From contig JAVXRV010000002.1 of assembly GCA_036643515.1 (NCBI GenBank), forward strand, positions 1-48,106: a stretch of DNA of 48,106 nucleotides, read 5' to 3'. Source of the DNA: Ruthenibacterium sp. GTDB lineage: Bacteria > Bacillota > Clostridia > Oscillospirales > Ruminococcaceae. Both the position numbers and the translations under genes were made by a program. The notes below the pieces were generated by a model. It searched no databases and had not been told where the DNA came from. It saw only the letters and a list, made by a program, of their open reading frames with translations. How positions within the stretch are numbered: the stretch's first letter is position 1; each line of letters opens with the position of its first letter. Of the stretch, positions 45,277 to 48,106 are shown piece by piece.

Positions 45277-46713
45277 TTATAGACTTTGCAGAAAGCGCAC
45301 GTAAAATGCAACAGTTTTTGCAATTTCGCTCACGGGAATGCGTTCGTTGTCGTTGTGAATGAGGCCGCGCTGTTCACCCGAAAGCGCCATCGCGGAAAAT
45401 TTGTAAATATCCTTGCAAAAGCCGTTGTAATTGCGGCTGTCGGAGCACGCAATCATCAAATACGGCGACACAAGACAGCCCTGCCATGTGTTTGCGACGG
45501 CGCTTGCAAGCGCGTCCCAATGGGCGCCCTCGGTGGACGAGTATGGGCTTGCGGCCTGCGCGTGCACGACGTTGACCGTGATTTTATCGTCTGCAATGTG
45601 TGCCGTGAGCGCCTGTTTCACGCTGTCGGGCGTGTCGGTGTTGATGAGGCGCATGTTCAGCCCCGCGCTGGCATCGTTTGGAATTACGTTGATTTGCTTC
45701 GAGCCTTTTGTCATGGTAAATGCCATGGTGGTGCGCATCATGGCATTGATTTCGCCGCCGAGTTTTTCTGAAAACGTGCAAAGCAGGCCGCCAAAACACC
45801 ATAAATTCGCAAGCACAATCCGCAAGGCAAACGGTGCGTGCGGGCCGACAGTGGCAAATAATTTTTGAATCGGCAAGGTCAAATGCGCTTTAAACGGATG
45901 ATTTTCACACGCAAGCACCGCTTTGCTCATGCGCCCGATGGCCGACGGACGAATGGGATGGCTTGCGTGCCCGCCCGCGCTTTTCGCGGTGATTTCGACG
46001 TTCATCATGCCTTTTTCACCGATGCCGATGACGGCAATCGGCTCTTTCACGCCTGGGAAAACACCCTCCACCACAGCGCCGCCCTCGTCCAAAACCATCG
46101 CGGGTGTAATGTTATTTTGTTTAAAATAAGCGATGATATCCTTTGCGCCGTGTCCCCCTACTTCTTCATCGCCCGCAAACGCAAAATAAACGTCGTTTTG
46201 CGGCGTAAATTTTTCGCAAAGCAACTTTTCTGCCGCTTCAAGCGTGCCAAGCAACGTAATTTTGGTGTCAATCGTGCCGCGTCCCCACAGTTCATTTTCA
46301 AAAATTTCCCCGGAAAACGGCGGATGTTTCCAATTTTCCGCATTGACCGGCACCACGTCATAGTGCGCCATCAGCACAATGGGTGCCGCCGCATTTTTGC
46401 CTTTTAAATGAAACAAAAGGCCGGTTTTTCCGCAGAGAATCGGCTTGCACACGGCGTGCACCTGCGGATAAAGCGTTTGCAACAGCGCGCGAAATTCCAC
46501 AAATTTGGCATCGTCCACCGCGCTTTCGTCATAGTTCGAAATCGTGGGAATGCGCACCATTTGTGCCAAATGCTCCGCCATTTTTGCGCCGTCGATGTCC
46601 ACCTCTTTGCGCGGCGCATAGTTTGTGGCTACGGGCTTCATCTGTGCGGCACGCAGCAACAGTACAGCAACAAAAACGGCGATGAGCGCCAATAAAATCC
46701 ATCCAATCATCAT
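45277..46713 (-). CDS. M20 family peptidase (carboxypeptidase S-like) with N-terminal anchor
   Basis: AHYDVVP, GRGTIDTK, DEE, DEGG, GGHAS, IHNDNER. Confidence 0.9.
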   Translation of the reverse strand: MMIGWILLALIAVFVAVLLLRAAQMKPVATNYAPRKEVDIDGAKMAEHLAQMVRIPTISNYDESAVDDAKFVEFRALLQTLYPQVHAVCKPILCGKTGLLFHLKGKNAAAPIVLMAHYDVVPVNAENWKHPPFSGEIFENELWGRGTIDTKITLLGTLEAAEKLLCEKFTPQNDVYFAFAGDEEVGGHGAKDIIAYFKQNNITPAMVLDEGGAVVEGVFPGVKEPIAVIGIGEKGMMNVEITAKSAGGHASHPIRPSAIGRMSKAVLACENHPFKAHLTLPIQKLFATVGPHAPFALRIVLANLWCFGGLLCTFSEKLGGEINAMMRTTMAFTMTKGSKQINVIPNDASAGLNMRLINTDTPDSVKQALTAHIADDKITVNVVHAQAASPYSSTEGAHWDALASAVANTWQGCLVSPYLMIACSDSRNYNGFCKDIYKFSAMALSGEQRGLIHNDNERIPVSEIAKTVAFYVRFLQSL

Positions 46714-46770
46714 GAAAACCTCCCTGTAAAGAAATGGACGCCTATTATGACGTCCGCTTCATTTTTCAAT

Positions 46771-48106
46771 TTAAAACGCGGTTTTTTCCGCAATATAGTC
46801 TTTCAATGCTGTGATGGGAATGCGTTTTTGTTCCATCGTGTCGCGGTCGCGCACGGTGACGCAGTGGTCAGCGGCCGTTTTGTCGTCGCCCACCGTTTCA
46901 AAGTCGACAGTGATGCAAATGGGCGTGCCGATTTCGTCTTGACGACGATACCGTTTACCAATCGAGCCGGCTTCATCGTAATCAATCATGAAATACTTCG
47001 ATAAATCGGCATAAATTTCATTTGCAGCCTCGCCGAGTTTTTTCGACAGCGGCAAGACGCACGCCTTAAACGGCGCAAGTGCCGGATGCAGACGCATGAC
47101 GATGCGGGTGTCGTTTTTCTCGGCGTCCACCACTTCTTCATCATATGCTTCGCACAAAAATGCGAGTGCAACGCGATCCGCGCCAAGCGACGGCTCTACA
47201 ACGTACGGAATGTAATGTTCGTTTGTTTCAGGGTCAAAATATTCAAGCGATTTGCCGCTTGCTTCTTGATGGCGGCCAAGGTCATAATTGGTGCGGTCTG
47301 CAATGCCCCACAGTTCGCCCCAACCGAACGGGAACATAAACTCAATGTCCGTGGTGGCTTTGGAGTAGAACGAGAGTTCTTTTTGGTCATGGTCGCGCAG
47401 ACGCATATTTTTTTCTTCGATGCCAAGCGACAAAAGCCAGTTTTTGCAGTAGTCTTTCCAGTAATAGAACCATTCAAGGTCAGTGTCCGGTTTGCAGAAA
47501 AATTCGCATTCCATCTGTTCAAATTCACGAATGCGGAAGATAAAGTTGCCCGGCGTAATTTCGTTGCGAAAGCTTTTGCCGACTTGACATACGCCAAACG
47601 GCAGCTTTTTGCGTGTGGAACGCTGAATGTTGGCATAGTTGACAAAGATGCCCTGCGCGGTTTCGGGACGCAGATACACTTCGCTCTTGGAATCTTCGGT
47701 CACGCCCATAAAGGTTTTAAACATGAGGTTGAATTTGCGGATATCGGTGAAGTTTTTGCTGCCGCAAGCCGGACACGCAATGCCGTGTTCGGTGATGTAG
47801 GCGCTCATTTCCTCGTTGGTCATGCCCTCCGCCTGTGCGCCGGAATCCTCAATCAATTTGTCGGCGCGATGGCGCGTGTGGCAATCTTTGCAGTCCATCA
47901 GCGGGTCGCTGAAGCCGCCCACGTGGCCGCTTGTCACCCATGTTTGCGGGTTCATCAAAATGGCGGAATCGAGTCCGACGTTGTACGGACATTCCTGCAC
48001 AAATTTTTTCCACCATGCTTTTTTGACATTGTTTTTGAACTCAACACCAAGCGGGCCATAATCCCAGGTGTTGGACAGACCGCCGTAGATCTCACTGCCG
48101 GAAAAT
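46771..48106 (-). CDS. glyQS: Glycine--tRNA ligase (alpha2 type); 5' end outside the window
   Basis: [67 protein letters not shown]. Confidence 0.96.
   Translation of the reverse strand, partial: FSGSEIYGGLSNTWDYGPLGVEFKNNVKKAWWKKFVQECPYNVGLDSAILMNPQTWVTSGHVGGFSDPLMDCKDCHTRHRADKLIEDSGAQAEGMTNEEMSAYITEHGIACPACGSKNFTDIRKFNLMFKTFMGVTEDSKSEVYLRPETAQGIFVNYANIQRSTRKKLPFGVCQVGKSFRNEITPGNFIFRIREFEQMECEFFCKPDTDLEWFYYWKDYCKNWLLSLGIEEKNMRLRDHDQKELSFYSKATTDIEFMFPFGWGELWGIADRTNYDLGRHQEASGKSLEYFDPETNEHYIPYVVEPSLGADRVALAFLCEAYDEEVVDAEKNDTRIVMRLHPALAPFKACVLPLSKKLGEAANEIYADLSKYFMIDYDEAGSIGKRYRRQDEIGTPICITVDFETVGDDKTAADHCVTVRDRDTMEQKRIPITALKDYIAEKTAF

Noticed and set aside
43703-45304. 533-aa plus-strand ORF
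   Set aside because: Antisense shadow of the M29 aminopeptidase; no SD or motifs, and it crosses a terminator.
1-48106. Prophage, IS, integron, CRISPR, tRNA or rRNA
   Set aside because: No integrase, transposase or phage genes, no regularly spaced repeats and no tRNA/rRNA signatures seen.

Overview
About 48 kb of core chromosome from a moderately GC-rich Bacillota. Gene content and protein style suggest Oscillospiraceae/Clostridia (inference). There are about 45 CDS: a partial class A PBP, DUF896, a DEAD-box helicase, queH, fhs, DegV, an iscS-thiI-cinA operon, TetR/DUF2871, kdgK-kdgA with an IclR regulator, a shikimate/Phe operon lacking aroA, two M23 peptidases, a MATE transporter, a WYL regulator, an HD protein, mtnN, ychF, an RR-HK-HtrA-PilT-pilin cluster, uppP, exoA, a CPBP protein, hemW, an XRE/membrane pair, birA-bioY, two peptidases and a partial glyQS. 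No rRNA, tRNA, CRISPR, integrase or transposase was seen. Best candidates for novelty: (1) a catalytically degenerate, membrane-anchored CinA/PncC paralog directly behind cinA; (2) a ~250-nt multi-hairpin RNA with its own -10 box and terminator upstream of the helicase; (3) a duplicated multi-hairpin intergenic element with compensatory changes, plus a related dispersed bulged hairpin; (4) two regulators that appear to start at ATC and ATT; (5) an unannotated acidic 43-aa ORF after the WYL gene; (6) an orphan PilT plus a Cys3His pilin tied to an HtrA two-component operon; (7) a VOC-like domain fused to KDPG aldolase. All calls are by eye from motifs; no database searches were run.
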